The notes beneath the pieces were generated by a model. The model had not been told where the DNA came from, made no database searches, and saw only the letters and a list, made by a program, of their open reading frames with translations. DNA of 58,021 nucleotides, the filler included, from Sluysia triapertura (lineage: Eukaryota), in NCBI GenBank assembly GCA_046118255.1. It is 4 parts of 4 records of this genome, joined end to end, with 100 filler letters (N's around TTAATTAATTAA, not from the genome) between each part and the next. Parts side by side here need not be neighbours in the genome. Positions count along the whole stretch, not along the records: positions 40,082 to 58,021 come from JBJNIA010183612.1; 3 more parts are not named here. One strand, 5' to 3'. Below are positions 42,421 through 56,938 of the stretch, in pieces. Positions within the stretch are counted from its first letter, which is position 1; each line of letters opens with the position of its first letter. The translations under genes and the position numbers were made by a program.

Positions 42421-42755
42421 ATACTTATGTTTTACATGGAAAACTAATTCATTACACACTTTTGTTCATTCATTCAGAATATAATTTTTAATGTTTTAAT
42501 ATAATTTTAATATGTTTTAACAACTTCCTAAAAAATTCTAGTCGAAATACCGGATTTTGTTATCAATAGTTTAGCTTCAAAACGAATTTAGAGTAATTGC
42601 ATCAATATCGAAAACTACACCATTTGGGTAAAAGCTAAAATATAAGCAATACACTAAAAATATTTTATCTTGTTAAACCTTAATTGTCGTAAAAAGGTAA
42701 TATTGAGTAATTAATGGGTCAACTGTGTTCCATTATTGATCTTAAAAATATAGTT

Positions 42756-43286
42756 CAGGGTTTGGCAACAAGCTTATGATGATATTTGACTGGCTCGTGG
42801 TCGCATGTTACATAATGATAATAAACGGACGTTGTTGATTGAAATGCGATGTGCCGACTCATTGAAATTAAAATTTCACTCCGATTATGTTTCTTTGCCT
42901 GATTTTTAAACAAAATACATTTATTCTAATGGGAAGTATCCTAACATAGCGAAACACGCAACGTGAGCAATTTTAGAACAAAATTAACCGATAGCATCGA
43001 CAGGCCTGAAATCAATATTGAGAAGCTATCAGGTGACAAAGAATGTCACACTTCCCATTAATTATTCAAATATTGGATTTTTGAATACAAAAGATTTTTA
43101 AAAGACATTATTATTTTTTCACCTTTCTTGCTTATTATATATGTAGAACTAAATATTTTTAAGAATCTTCATTATTTTATTGATTTGAAAAAAATGCGTT
43201 TTGATAAGCTTTTACTTATAATATATTTAAGAAACCTCTCAAAAACGCAAGCCGGATCCGCATAGACAAAATGTTGCTGACCCCAG
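42756..43286. mobile_element. hAT-type MITE
   Basis: TIR cagggtttggcaaca / tgttgctgaccccag (11/15); TSD atatagtt / ttatagtg (6/8). Confidence 0.55.
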
Positions 43287-43491
43287 TTATAGTGTATCAA
43301 ATGATTTCAAAATATTAACATTCCAAAAATTTAATATCTACCTACAAAATGAAATGGTACACAATATTGAAACAATTATACAAATAATAAAGAATGCTAA
43401 ATAACAAAACATCTAAATAACATCATTAAAACGACAATATTAACAAATTATTTAGAACATAAAATCAAACTAATATTAAGATCCATCAAAT

Positions 43492-43859
43492 TTAATACCA
43501 CTGAGAACGTCTTTGACTGTTTGAGACTTTTCGACCTCCACTTGAGCCGATTACTTTATCCTTACTCGGCAATTTCAACCTAGAATGCACATCTGTACGC
43601 GATGTAAAACGCGTAGATGCTCCTAGTCTAGACGTCGTGGTGTTTACTCCATCTTCATTAACACCACCACCACCACCAATATTACTACCACTTAAATTCG
43701 TCATAAAAACCATTCTACGATCCACTGGACTTCGATCTCGAACCACAGAAGAGAGTGATAAATTCGATGCAAAACCTGCAACATTCATATTAATGTTACG
43801 AGTTTGTGCCACAGGATTATGATCGTAAGCTTCCCAAGGTCTCTTAAATTTCGGATCCA
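43492..43859 (-). CDS. Terminal exon of an unknown low-complexity S/G/R-rich protein; possibly the 3' end of the DUF3715 gene
   Basis: Acceptor tttttctag| at 43860; open frame of ~120 codons to TAA at 43492, with higher GC than the flanks. Confidence 0.55.
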
Positions 43860-44152
43860 CTAGAAAAAGCAATTCTATGTAAGAAATATCGTATTGTTTT
43901 TGGTGTTGTAGTTTACCAATTTCATTAATAAATACAAAACTGTGTACAACCACACGTAGAAATCACAGAACTACTGGATCCAAGTAAGCACTTCATTCAT
44001 GAGAAAATTTGAAATCCCGATGCCGATTTTTTAAAATTAATTAAATTTTTTCAAAAAAGCTAAAGTTGGATTTTAAAGAAAGCGTGTAAAATAATTAAAT
44101 ATTTTCTAAACCAATTTAAGCTAATGTGATGTTTAATAATACTGATACTGAT

Positions 44153-44153
44153 G

Positions 44154-44194
<41 letters not shown>
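44153..44194. repeat. (AAT)n microsatellite
   Basis: Direct read. Confidence 0.9.
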
Positions 44195-44195
<1 letters not shown>

Positions 44196-45488
44196 GTTAG
44201 TTTTACATATTTTAAAACATAAATGGTATATAGATCCACTCCTCTGTTCTATATAACTTGTACTTCATTTTATCTGTAAATCCTTATACAGATTTGTTTT
44301 CATTTTAGTTTCCTCATTTTTTATTATTTCAAGTGCTATTCAGAACTTCCACAGTAACCATTGCAATTCTTTGCAAGAAACTGTTTCATTATTAAGGATC
44401 AATTTTGAAAAATTATTCTTGTCTATTTATTCAATAGTTATTGCAAATTTCGACCTTTCTATACAGAATTTTACTGGATTTTCTGTTATTAGTTACCTAT
44501 GAATAAATAATTAGTATCGTTCTACTTATATTTAATATTCTTTTTACTTTGGTGACAATAAAATTATTTTCTATTTTTTTCTGAATCCACATAGTATCTT
44601 ATATTACATACGGTTAGTTTCGGATCAAGTACTTTTTAGAAAAATTCCAATATTAATTCATTCATTTTCACATCTTTATTGCCGCACTATTTTATTAATT
44701 TAGTTCTTTTGTTCTTTTAATAATACTTTATAAATTATTGATTTCAAATTCCTTATATAATTACACATCATCGGTATATATTATTATTATTATACCTTAT
44801 ACCTTATATCTTATCATGCAATTATAGAACCTTATTCAAAAATAAAATTGTAGTTATGTACCTACTTAATATACACTTATGAATTTCATTTCAAATATAT
44901 CATTAATTATCCTATCACATACAAATAAATATTAATCACTTAACTGATGTACACAACATTAATAGTGGTTTACAAATCATATATGATACATAGACTGTGA
45001 AAGTATTAATTTGATAAACATACACCAAATTTTACACTTCTTACAAGCGTAACATACAAGTATTACTTTTCTTTTATTCTATCACAAACAATTAAATATA
45101 GAAAAATGTAACGTATACCTTATCTTATGAGATGTGATAACAATACACTATTTCCTAAATACTTGAACTTATTAATTATCAGAAATAAGAAATAATTACA
45201 TCTCGAATAAATCTAGTACAATGCCATCAACTGCAGTAATCAATCGTGCCTACATAAAATTGAACACGTATTCCTTTAATATTTACTGATCTAACAATTT
45301 ATTCCTATATGTACTAAACTTTGTCTTACTTACGGAAAGTTCTATAAACCTTTCGCACTTTGATGAAACCATTTTAGTATTCGAGTGTTAAAGATTAACT
45401 TACAATCCTTAAACTTTTTGAATTTCATTTTCATAATGAAATATGTAAACTACAAAATCCTACTGTTTCTCATCAAAATTATATTAAC

Positions 45489-48400
45489 CTTCTCTATTAT
45501 AACTTTCCCGTTCATAATAATCATTCTCGTAACTTCCAATGACACCGCCGCGCCTGAAAGACCCTTCTAAATGACGTAAATCTAAACCAAATAATGCTTC
45601 ATCATTTTTATCTAAGAAATTAAACAAATTATTTAACAATATGCATTTTTAGTTATTTTAATTTATTGAACTTATAAAGTTACAGATTTCTTCATCTTTT
45701 CTTCATTTTAATTGGATCACAATTGATTTCAAATAATTTGACTAATGAAACAAATTGTTATTGAGTGTTATTGTTTGTCTAAGTTTTAATATTTCAAGAT
45801 AAAGAATACACACATTTGTCATAAATAATCATTTACATGCATAAAAATCATGTATACTCGTGATTGACAATGAGAATGCAACAGAACTCGATATCATTTT
45901 TCTTATTTGCACACGTTTAAGCAAAAACAAATCATGCATCACATAAATAGGTGACAGCATGAAAATACTTAAATAAGAGCACAATTTTCTGTAAATTTGC
46001 AAAGCCTGGTTGTCACACTACTGACGATTACTTAGATTCTATTTCGTCTCAGAGATAACTTGATGAAATATCTCTCATCAGTAAGCAGTGTAGTTTTGTA
46101 GAGCCAGAAGTGTACCTATCAATAAATTATTATTTGGGAAATAAGCATAACAAATTAATAAATAAAGTAGAATTTTTCTAAAAACAATTTATTTATAGTT
46201 CTTTCAAAGTTTTTACACTTAGCCATAAAAGGTTTGTAAGCTCTCCACAAGTCGTACGTTATAATATATTGAAAGTATCACGAGTATATTCGTGGTTGAC
46301 AGCGAATGGGTTAAAAATTTTGATTTTGGACAAGGCAAATATTAATAAATATGTTGACTTAGTTTGTCTTTTGTTAAATAATCTTTAGACAATTTTTTTG
46401 CATTTAGAGTTGTAAATGTCTGAGCAAGCATGTCATAGTTGAAACTATAATTGGCAAATCAAGTGACATTTATTTTTTATAAAACCAGCCTCCGACAAAT
46501 TAAAATAAAATGAAAAAAGATGAAGAAAACTATACAATACGATTTAAAATTTCGATATTTTGTTATGTGAATTTTTAAATATCTAAAAATTTATATAACA
46601 CATTGCTTTTATTTTGCACCTCATTTGAAATACGACGTTGAATTTCACGTGCCCGCAAAACAATAGATATATAATTATTCGATTCAATTTCGATGGTTTT
46701 ACCTTCCAAAATACTCGATTACAATAACTAGATAATACAAACCTATTCTATCATCATGTATTAACCCAATGGTTCTCAACACTTATCTTACACTGTCCTA
46801 TAGGCCATGGAGGAAATATATTTCAAGATTCCGTTAATTTCTAAAAACAAAAAATTGAACTGAGTATTTCTGAGGTGTCAACCACTTTTATAAGATATTA
46901 GAAGTACTAAATATCATAGTAATACACGCTTCAAGATGATTCGGTTAAACAACACTTTAACTCAATAAGACTATTCTTATTTATTTGATAATGCATTTAT
47001 TTCTTTAACATAATAAAAGAAACTAATGAGTCAGTCACCTTATGTAAAATGCATTTAAATAACTTAGATTATATACTAACAATTGACAACTTCAACAATT
47101 GTATTGGAAAAACTATCTGTAAATGCCTTAATTAAATCGTACCAACAATAATTAATTATACACATGACATGAAAAAAATCCTATTGAGAGTTCCAGTAAG
47201 CAACCTTATCTTCGTAAATAATTTAGCACGATTTGCATTTTATCGAATATACATTGGTTCATTAAAAGCAAAGAGTAGGAAAAAATCAACTCCTAGAAAT
47301 CCAAAATACAAACATTTTTCAATAATCAAAAAACATCTCAAGTTTGGTCTCTATTAAATCAATAATTTTCAGATCTGAAACGACAAATTTTGATGTCCAT
47401 TTTTGTTACAAATAGTATATATCATCGAATATTCCAATCTTCAAAGACTACTTTTGTTCAATTCCACTTGTTTTAACCGATCGTGTAATTTATATACAAT
47501 TAAGTGCCGATAAGCACAAAAACTTCAGTAAATAATCAAATAGAATTACGAAACTGCTGTTAAACAACAAAAAATAAGCACAGAATGTTAACTGTAGACT
47601 ATATTCCCTTGAACTTCAGATACTTAAACCTACTAAACAATATAAAATTTCCAATAGTTTCTCATTAGTGTACACAAAAATACAACGGCCATCGAATTAG
47701 TTGCTTAAAACATATTAAAAATAGGTCGGTTATAAGAATAAATTTTCAATTGCAGAATATTTTGTTTTCTTCGACAAACACAAAACGAAAAATTGTTCTA
47801 GAAAATTATCAACTGCTAGTTCCAGAGATAGTGTATGTTTATAATTCTGAATTGATTTTGACGTTTTGAAAATATTGTTACAATGGTCCCTTATAATTTC
47901 CGAAAATATTCGTGTATTCCTTCAAACAAACAAAAAATTCATATAATGAACTAGTAGATGCTTCAGAAATTTCATATAATGAATTTAAGTATTATTTTAT
48001 TGAATTTTCACTGATAATGACACAAATAAATGATTTGCAAACTCACTGTCGATACCGGTACTTATTTCCTGGCGTGGTTGAACTTGAGAGTAAATTGAGT
48101 TAACATGCGCCAACCACGGATCCGAATAATTCATCGTTCTAGCGTTACGGTGCAAAGGGGCACCATTATTGACTATGCTTTCTCCGGTAATTGTTACATC
48201 ATTTCTATCAAATTTTTGAAGATCTGATGTAATATCTTCTCTGTAATTTTGAGAAGGTACGAAATTATTGGACAATGGCTTCATAAGATCAGATAAAGCA
48301 GGTGTATTCATAGATGCTGGAATCGGGCTTGTCGTTGGATGCGAAACTGCATAGGGTTTGACCTTTTGAAATGTAAAAGCGGCTACTGGAAAGCAGTGCC

Positions 48401-49103
48401 GTGGTCGTTCAACAGGTTTGAAGTTAGTGTTTGCAAATTCGTACAGGTACACTAAAGATTTGATATACTGTGTAGCGTATGGTTCTGTGACATCTAGCTG
48501 CTCTTGAGAAACGTGAGAATCATATCTTGGAGTGGGTGCTATCAGACATTTACTATCACAAACAGGTACTGGTAAGCTACGACCGAGCATGTATTTATAA
48601 ACTATAACAATGACTTCATCATCATACTGTAATTTATCAGACGCTTCCATCAATGTAACATCCAAGTGACGACTAATGTTATGGCCCAAATAACTGTAAG
48701 GACATAACTTCACTTTTAGACCAGTATCTGCCATTTTAAACACCATTTGTTCTTTAATTGTTGTCAAACATCCGTACTGCTCATCTGTAAAATCTTCTAC
48801 AGAATATTTATCAAATATTTCTGCTTTCATGTTAAGAAAATCTTTTTCAAAAACATCATTTGTTATTCGTAAGACACGACTTAATCGCCAAGTTAGAAAT
48901 ATATCAAATGATGCATCTGCTACTGTTGATTTAATGTTGTTTAATAACAGTTTTGATTCGAAGGTATTCAGTGGTATGTCTGTAATAATATCAGAATTTC
49001 CAGACTTTTCTAAATCAATATCTACAAAATTAAAAAGAAAACTGAATCAATCATTACATTTCGTTCGTTCAGGATCAAAAAACAATGGCTTATATGTTTG
49101 CAT
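45489..49103 (-). CDS. TASOR/TEX15-like DUF3715 (pseudo-PARP) domain protein; exons 49103-49058, 49021-48047, probably 45581-45489 and further 3' exons
   Basis: ATG at 49103, 36-nt GT-AG intron, donor A|GTGAGT at 48046. Motifs WRLSRVLRITNDVFEKDF, GLKV..LG..SRHLDV, YKYMLGR, APTPRYDSHVS and SLVYLYEF...KPVERPRHCFP match remembered TEX15/TASOR motifs (RHVDV, DPTP.HECHVS, VYFYEY...PRQC/PRHVCPY). Confidence 0.75.
46767..47900 (+). mobile_element. Decayed hAT (Buster-like) element in the DUF3715 gene intron
   Basis: caatggttctcaac resembles a hAT left TIR; SDLKRQ resembles PSKLKRH; heavily mutated. Confidence 0.3.
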
Positions 49104-51374
49104 TTTCCAGAGTTATATATAAAATCAAAATATAAAATATAGATTAAAAAAAACTTTACTCAATGTAAAGATAATATAATTTTATACTTTTAAATTACTA
49201 GACTTTTTAAAATACTACACTTTATCGAAATAAAACTATTTTAATTCTACATTAAAATACTTTGAATAATAAATTAAATTACACAATTTATTGGTAAGAA
49301 AAAAACAAAATAATAATATAAAATAATCAAATTAGGATTTAAGTAGAATTTTTACTTATACAACAGATTCTGATTTATAATATCTTAGTTAATTTTTCTT
49401 TATATCAAAAATTATTTTAATGTCTGACAATTCAAAAACTACTTTTTGAATTTCAAAGTAGCTTTATTGTAAAAATAATATTATTATAAGTGTTATATCG
49501 ACGACTATATATACATTAAAATTTGCCCAATTTTTATAATGTTCTGAAAGAGAAAGTAACATATTTTAAATTCTTCACAATTACCTAACAAATATGCATT
49601 AAAAATTCAAGGACAACGTTAGTACTGGTCAAAGTTCATATGTATAACTGTACTGATGGAATTAATTCATTAAACTCAAAATAAGTAATAATGGGTTCGC
49701 TTCATACAATGTCCAGTAGGTTGTCAGTGCAAATAATGCTTATTTTATTAAATTTAGGGTCAAGTTGTGTCATTACTCAAAATATTCCATTACAAATCAA
49801 TAATTAAATTAAGAAGAAATCTCAATATATGTGGAAATATCACAAGCTTACAATTATTCTTTTACAATTATATGACTTCAATATAAAATCTCAATATGTG
49901 CTGTGTCTTTATTTTATTATTGACTATAAGTAAATATCGCATCAATCTACTTAATAAAAATTCAATAATCATAATGTTAGGATTGTCTAGTTAGTGTGTA
50001 GAATTTGAAATATGTAAGAATAAATAATATAAAATATCTGAAATACGATAACATATACATAATTAGATATTTCTATAGCAAGAATTTTAGACAGTAAAGT
50101 GTTTATCATCATACTGAAACCAAAGAATTCCTTAGAGTTCCAAAGACCTTTGTTGGATATTGAGACCCTTATGAAGACTTAAGTAAGGTTTGGAAAGATG
50201 TCTTGAAAAATATTTGCTAATAATAATTTTTTCAGTATTTTTAATATAATATCCCAACAATAAAATCAAATATAAATTATCTAAAATTTTCTTATTTTAA
50301 CAATTGAATTTATTAAACCAAAAAGTTAATTTTTGAATTTAAGTTAATAACAATAACTCAAGTTAATAATTACAAAATCAAATACCAATTGTTATCATTA
50401 CTTTTTATTTTAAAAATAATACAAATGAAATAAATTAAAATGACAAAATCTCAAAATTAACAATAATTTATGACAATATTAAAAACACAATAATCTATCC
50501 AAAGAAACCAGTGGTGATGCAACAAAATCAGATGATAAAAATAATTCTATAAATACATAAGAAATTTCAAAAAATTTGAAATCACTATATATCTTTAAAA
50601 CAAAAATAACCTTTCATTAATTGACCTCTTCTGAATAACAGTTATTAATTTTGTGGTTAACAGTTATTAGGTTTGTGGTGGCCAACTTTATCACTTAAAA
50701 TTTTAACTCTAAAAAATCACATTTTGTAACATTTCAGCTTTTTATTCCTTCAAAAATCATTAAAATTGTAATTTAAATTTAAATATAAAGGTAATAAACA
50801 AAATGGAATTTCCTTTAACACCTTTAACTACGGCATTACACTTTCTTGATATTACTTCATAAATTCTTTTTAAAGTTTTGTTTTATATTCAAAGAAAAGA
50901 AAAAGAATTTTAATATTAAAGCAAGATAAATAAAAGAAAGAAATGAATTTATGTATTTTTGTCTTATTTTTTTATTATTATTAATGTTATTTTGTTTTTA
51001 ATTATTATTATCATTACCATTTCTCATTATCATTATTATTTTGTATCATCATTATCAACATTTGATTTAATTAATTATCTAATTATATTATCTGTCATTT
51101 TGGACAGCATTTCAATTATATCGTTTTATATTGTCATTGGTTGCCAGTTTTCATTATTACTACTGTTACCATTACCATTATTTTACTTTATAAACACAAA
51201 CATACAAAATAATCAAAATCAAATTTAAATGGTGTTCGAAGTGCAATTTAAGAAAAGATCACTATATCCAAATTGATTTATGTAATCTGTTTTACATATT
51301 GTACAACGTGTTAAGTAGTTTTCAATTGTCTCTTTTATTGGCCATCCAATGGCATACATTTTAAACATTGCTGC

Positions 51375-51458
51375 ATAAATAATTTAGTAAATAATTAGTA
51401 ATTTAGTAATAATTTAGTAAATAATTAGTAATTTAGTAATAATTTAGTAAATAATTTA
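51375..51458. repeat. Short tandem repeat of aatttagtaa(ata) units
   Basis: Direct read; a 30-bp unit is duplicated. Confidence 0.8.
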
Positions 51459-54400
51459 ATAGAAAAATAAATTTAAAAAATGAGATACTCAAGGCAATTA
51501 ATAGTGTTCATTTATCTTTATTTTAATTAACAAACTTTTTAATAATTTTTACCACTAATAATTACATGAATTTAAAATAATCAATATTATCTATGTCAGG
51601 AGATTCAGACAAGATTGTCAATGATGTTAAAAAAGCAGTTTTTGGATTAACGGAAAGGTTTGACTTTTAAACGATGACATAAAGAAGGAAAGTGAAGAAA
51701 TGATACCATTTCGTAGTCGAAATATTGAAATTCTAAATAATGAAACGAGTACGATCACTGGAATTAAAAATTTCCATAACAAATTATAATTTATTTACAG
51801 CTAAAAATTCGATTAATACTCTGAATAAATTAATGACGACAGAGTTTAAGAAAATTGCTGAACATTGCATAGCAGGACAAAGGTGAAGCAGATTATCGTC
51901 AATATTTGTTAAATAGTATTTGTGTTAATTGTAAATAATATCTATGTATTAGAAATAATAATATTTGTAAATAAAAGTTATTCTTTTTGTTTTTTATTTG
52001 ACATATTTTAATATTTTTGTATTTTAATAATAATGTTATGTTGTTTTATTATTTAACAAAAGACTTTTCATGCTTATTTTATGATTAAAAAAATAATTTA
52101 TTGAAAATTTTATGATTATTTATCAATTTATTGGAATTTTATAATCAAAATTATATAATTAAAAAACTTTTTATGGAAATTAAAAAACTTCTATTGAATA
52201 TTTGCATTGATATAAAAAGAAAGAAAAAGAAGGTTGGAGACACAATTGAAAAATTGAGATAACAAGTCTTTACTACGATATATTAGAATATCAGTGATAT
52301 ACTTTGGAAATTTTGGATATTTGATTGTTAGTGGTACCAACCTATTCATTTTATTTGTGAAACATTTGCTTTCTGTGATACTAAATCGTTTTGTCTTAAT
52401 TACAAAGCTGAAAAATATTCGATTTTGCAAATCATTCGATAAGTGGAATTGCTCGAGAAATCATCACAACTAATTTATTAATTGTAAAACACAAAGTAAA
52501 ATAATATTTGTTAAGGTTAATCGCTTCGATAAGTAGCGTCAAAATCTTACTTAAAATCTAAATATTATTAAATCCAAGTATTGTACACCAGGATTAAGTT
52601 ACTTTTAAAATCCATTATAAAGAACAAGAAGTTGATTCATTAGAAATATTATTATTATAAATATGTTATAACCGTGTTGCATTTTTTATAAAAAATTTTT
52701 GTGTTTAATAAATTCAATCATTTTGACTTTATTGTTTTCGTTAAAAGCTTTACGTGACGAATAAGAATTTTAAATTAAAATTACAAATAATATATAAAAG
52801 TTTTCTGTTTACATAAAAATTACGCAAGTTTCATAAAAGTTCTCAGTTTAAAATCACGAATATTATAGAAGCGTTTAGTTTAAGTTAAATTACGGACTCT
52901 ATAAGAGTATTCAGTTAAATCCAAAGCTACGTATATTGCAAGAAATTCTACGTTGCTTAAAAACGTAAGGTGTATTAATTCTTTAGAAAAACTACTTTGT
53001 TTTTGTCAAATTCTGCAGCTACGTCTACTGCACGTTACAAATCATAGACGAACCCGTTTAAATTTATAATTGTACATAAGATTAAAAATCTTATCATCTT
53101 GATGAAACAGTATTAAATCTTCGTGATTTGACACTTCATAAAAATGATAATAAGAATTATAAGTTCTTGATTAAAACTCTATTATCTACTTTTAATGACC
53201 AAACAGAAATATGCAGAAATTCTCTTTCACAAAGTCAGTCTAACAGGTCTACTGATTATATCAGAGAATTCAGTATTAGACATGATCAAAAATCCAAATC
53301 ATTAGATGATACTCATTCCACGAATGTTCACACAGTTATTTGTAATGATAGTTATAATCATGACATTATGGTTGATGCAATTATTTGTAATAATGATAGT
53401 TTATTAAAAAAAGAAGGTTTATGTTCGACGTGTTCATTCCAATCATAGTTTAGAAAACAAAGTACAAACGAACATTTTAAGATTAAGTTGAGAAAATTAC
53501 ACAACACGTTTTACAAATGGGGACAATCAACAGCAAGCATGTGGAAACACTAAAGACATGGAAGGCGTAATTTTAAATACGTAATTTTAAAACCGCACTT
53601 TGTATGTTCGATAGATACAAGTCACTGCATCAAATATGGTCACCGCATCGAAAATGTGTATATATGCATGGGATTTTTGATTGGCAATAACCTGCCTAAT
53701 CCAATAAAAATTTTGATGACCATGGCGAACGTATCTCCAACTTATTGTCAACCTTACATGTGAGACCAAATACGGCAAACTCATCTATTATTTATTACAT
53801 ATTTACGATAAACCAACAAGATCGTGCTTTGTACAATCGTGAATGTTCTGATTCCAGTGACAATTTTATGTTAAAGGTAAACAATTACATTTTTATATTT
53901 TCATTTGATGATAATGATTATATCAAGTGAAGTTATGACTGTGGCATATTTAAGTACATGTAAATAAAATAATCTTCTAATCGTAAATGATAATAGTTTC
54001 GAAAAAATAATTTTATTTTAAATATTTTTATAAATTATTTGTAAAAACTTGTAAATAATAATAGTTTTATTAAAATAATGTTAAAATAATTTTATTTTAA
54101 ATTTTAAATCAAGATTTTTAGTTTAATAATTTTTAGTTCAAAGTTAAAACTATTATTTATGATTAACTAAGATTAATATTTATAAATATCAAAAAATTAT
54201 ATAAACATCAATTACAAAAAAGGAAATTTACATTATCTTTATAAACGGATATTTATGAATTTTTATAAATAATACATTATAAACGGATATTTATTTTCGA
54301 AATATTTATGCTTATTTAATTTATTAAACCGGATATTTAAAATATTATGTAAAGGAAATCAATGCTCTAGAAAAAAGGTATAAAAGGCTCAATATAAATT

Positions 54401-54599
54401 AAGTCATTTCAGAATTTTTAAAAGGTAGAAGAGTAAAAGGAATTTTTGAAAAAATGATTTAGCATTTGATTTATTGGAAAAATCACGATCAGCGTACTCA
54501 ATTGTTGGAAAAATATTGACTAACGAAAAACGACATTCAGCTTTTGGAAAACTAATTTTTACGATTAAGTAAGCTCTTATTTTTAAGTTTTCGACCTGA

Positions 54600-55850
54600 T
54601 TTTTTAACGGTCTTAAAATATTACTAAAAATCTTTGAAACATTTTAGCGAAACCCAAAAGTAACTTCTGGGTCAAAATCAGACTCTAAACTTGAAATATA
54701 TATATTGTTATTATAATCGAATTTTATTGTTCATATTGTTTATTTTTGAATTTTTTATTGTTGAATCGATCTTTAAATTTACATTATTTATTTTTACGTT
54801 GTTATATCATAGTTTAATAATAAAAGTTCTTAAGTGAATTTTGCTTTGTTTCTTAATAAGAGTTTATTAAAATTAGAAGATTTAGCAAAGAAGAAACGAT
54901 TGACAAACGATATAGCATTATAAATTTGAAAAAATAGTTAATAAAAGTTTTCTTGTGTAATTAAAAACGTAAACTAGTAAAGATTAAAAGTTATTTAGAA
55001 AGAGAATTAAAACTTAAAAATACGGTTATCGATATTACGTAAAGACATTGAGACATAGTTATAAATTAAAATTATTATAGACAAGAGTTCGTACCATTAA
55101 AAATATAATTAACTTTTGAGAAAAAAGTGGAGAGTATACTTTAGGAGATACATTAAAGAATTAAAAAGTATAAGATAAAAAGTTTGCAAAGAATTCGTTA
55201 ATATAAAGGAACTAAGGTGTAATTTTTTAAATAGATAGAAGCATAAAAATATTATTAAAGTAAAGACAGAGAATATAGTATTCTTTTGACCTTCAGTAAT
55301 TCATTTGACACAGCTTTAAAATCCTACATGAACGTCCTTATAGGTAAATCGTTTAACGTAGGCGGACCCAACTTAAAATTTATTTATAATTGTTCGAGTA
55401 GTAAGAAAACCGAACAAACTTCTGGCTGAAGATGCTTCACAATATTTTTTGCGAATCCGGTGCTTACTCGTACTAAAATGAAGAGTGAACTTGAAATTAA
55501 TCCATCCACTCATGCACTTACTTTATCTATCGATAAACCCCGAATTTTTTTGAATAGGGAGTTATTTTATTGAGTTTCCTTGACAATTTGTAATCAATGT
55601 CGTTCGAATTTTATGAAATCGGACTTTTTTTTACAATATACAACATATTTAAAAATTAACTGCAAAGACGTAACTAAAGGTAAGAAATATAATGTAATAT
55701 ATTTTAAAAATACATTCATACAGATCAATTTTATTAAGCCATTTCTAAAATTTTCGAGTAATATGAAAATCAAAAATGGCAATCTTTAAAATATACAATA
55801 CTATTTATTGTTCGAATCTCACGATTATCAACCCTAAACCCAAAGTCAGA
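54600..55850 (+). mobile_element. Decayed gypsy-like gag/protease remnant
   Basis: Homologous to 11375-11760; degenerate zinc-knuckle-like segment near 55390-55440; many stops. Confidence 0.45.
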
Positions 55851-55894
55851 AAACAGCATATTAAATTGAATATTTTTAAAACAATTAAATAGGA

Positions 55895-56938
55895 CTACAA
55901 AAAATAAGTATTAATATCTCCTTTAATATAACCGTTAAAAAAGTCGTTCGCTTCTAATCTGCGTTTTATCAATAAATGACTTACACCTAACCAGTCATTA
56001 GTTCCAGGAAGTCCGCATTTTATAAAAAGATGTTTTCTATTACCCTTTTTATTAAACTGGATACTACCTGACTTAAATTTAGATAATCTGTTCTCTCTAT
56101 CTTTTAACCAACAAAAATCATCGTTGTTTAAACGAACCATTGGAATTAAACCAAACAATTTGACATTATATTCAACCTTATTAAATAACACACTATACAT
56201 AGAATTTAAATCCAAAACAGCTCTATAAATACGGAATATCTCTAAGGAAGATTGATTATTCCAATTAATACGACAAATTTCATCAAAATTAAGTTTCCGA
56301 GCTAAAGTTGCACCATTTTCAGTTTGTTCATAAGAATTGTTCAAGTACATCACCAAATCATTTTCCAAGACAGAACACATTAAACTACCACCAATGTTAG
56401 CTAATAAATGTGTTAGCTCTAATCTATTTATAGAAGAACTATCAATTTCAACAGATTTTTGACACAAAATTCTACCACGATCAAATTGATTTTTTGATAA
56501 AGTCATTATCGTTACTCCAACCTTCGAATCTCCATGTAATATAGAATAAATTATTGGGCTACTTCCACGCCAACGAGGAATAATTGATGGGTGAACATTA
56601 AGAGCACAAATACGGAACTGAGATATTATTTCTGATGATATTAAATGACCAAATGATGCTACGATCCCAACATCAAATCCTGTAATAAATTTTTTAAAAC
56701 ATTCGTCACTTTGTGGTCGATATAAAAATAATGGAATATTTTGATGATGACAAAATTTTGAAACTGGAGATACATCAGAAGTTGCTATTACTTTTAAAGA
56801 TGTAACGGCACTTGAATTGCTTAAATGTATTAAGTTAGGTAACGAGAATGAATCATTACCAAAAAATATAATTTTATAATACCGTAAAATATGTGATAAA
56901 AAAATATTATTTAAATGAAACTTAAAACGAAGTTTCAT
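55895..56938 (-). CDS. MTFMT: Methionyl-tRNA formyltransferase, mitochondrial (intronless, 347 aa)
   Basis: IIFFGNDSFS, FDVGIVASFGHLI, LNVHPSIIPRWRGSSPI, GVTIM...FDRGRIL; basic, acid-free N-terminus like a mitochondrial presequence. Confidence 0.93.
   Translation of the reverse strand: MKLRFKFHLNNIFLSHILRYYKIIFFGNDSFSLPNLIHLSNSSAVTSLKVIATSDVSPVSKFCHHQNIPLFLYRPQSDECFKKFITGFDVGIVASFGHLISSEIISQFRICALNVHPSIIPRWRGSSPIIYSILHGDSKVGVTIMTLSKNQFDRGRILCQKSVEIDSSSINRLELTHLLANIGGSLMCSVLENDLVMYLNNSYEQTENGATLARKLNFDEICRINWNNQSSLEIFRIYRAVLDLNSMYSVLFNKVEYNVKLFGLIPMVRLNNDDFCWLKDRENRLSKFKSGSIQFNKKGNRKHLFIKCGLPGTNDWLGVSHLLIKRRLEANDFFNGYIKGDINTYFL

Noticed and set aside
48829-49122. 97-aa plus-strand ORF
   Set aside because: Antisense to the DUF3715 exons.
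50959-51228. Hydrophobic 89-aa ORF
   Set aside because: Low-complexity ATT-rich sequence with no ATG start or recognisable motif.
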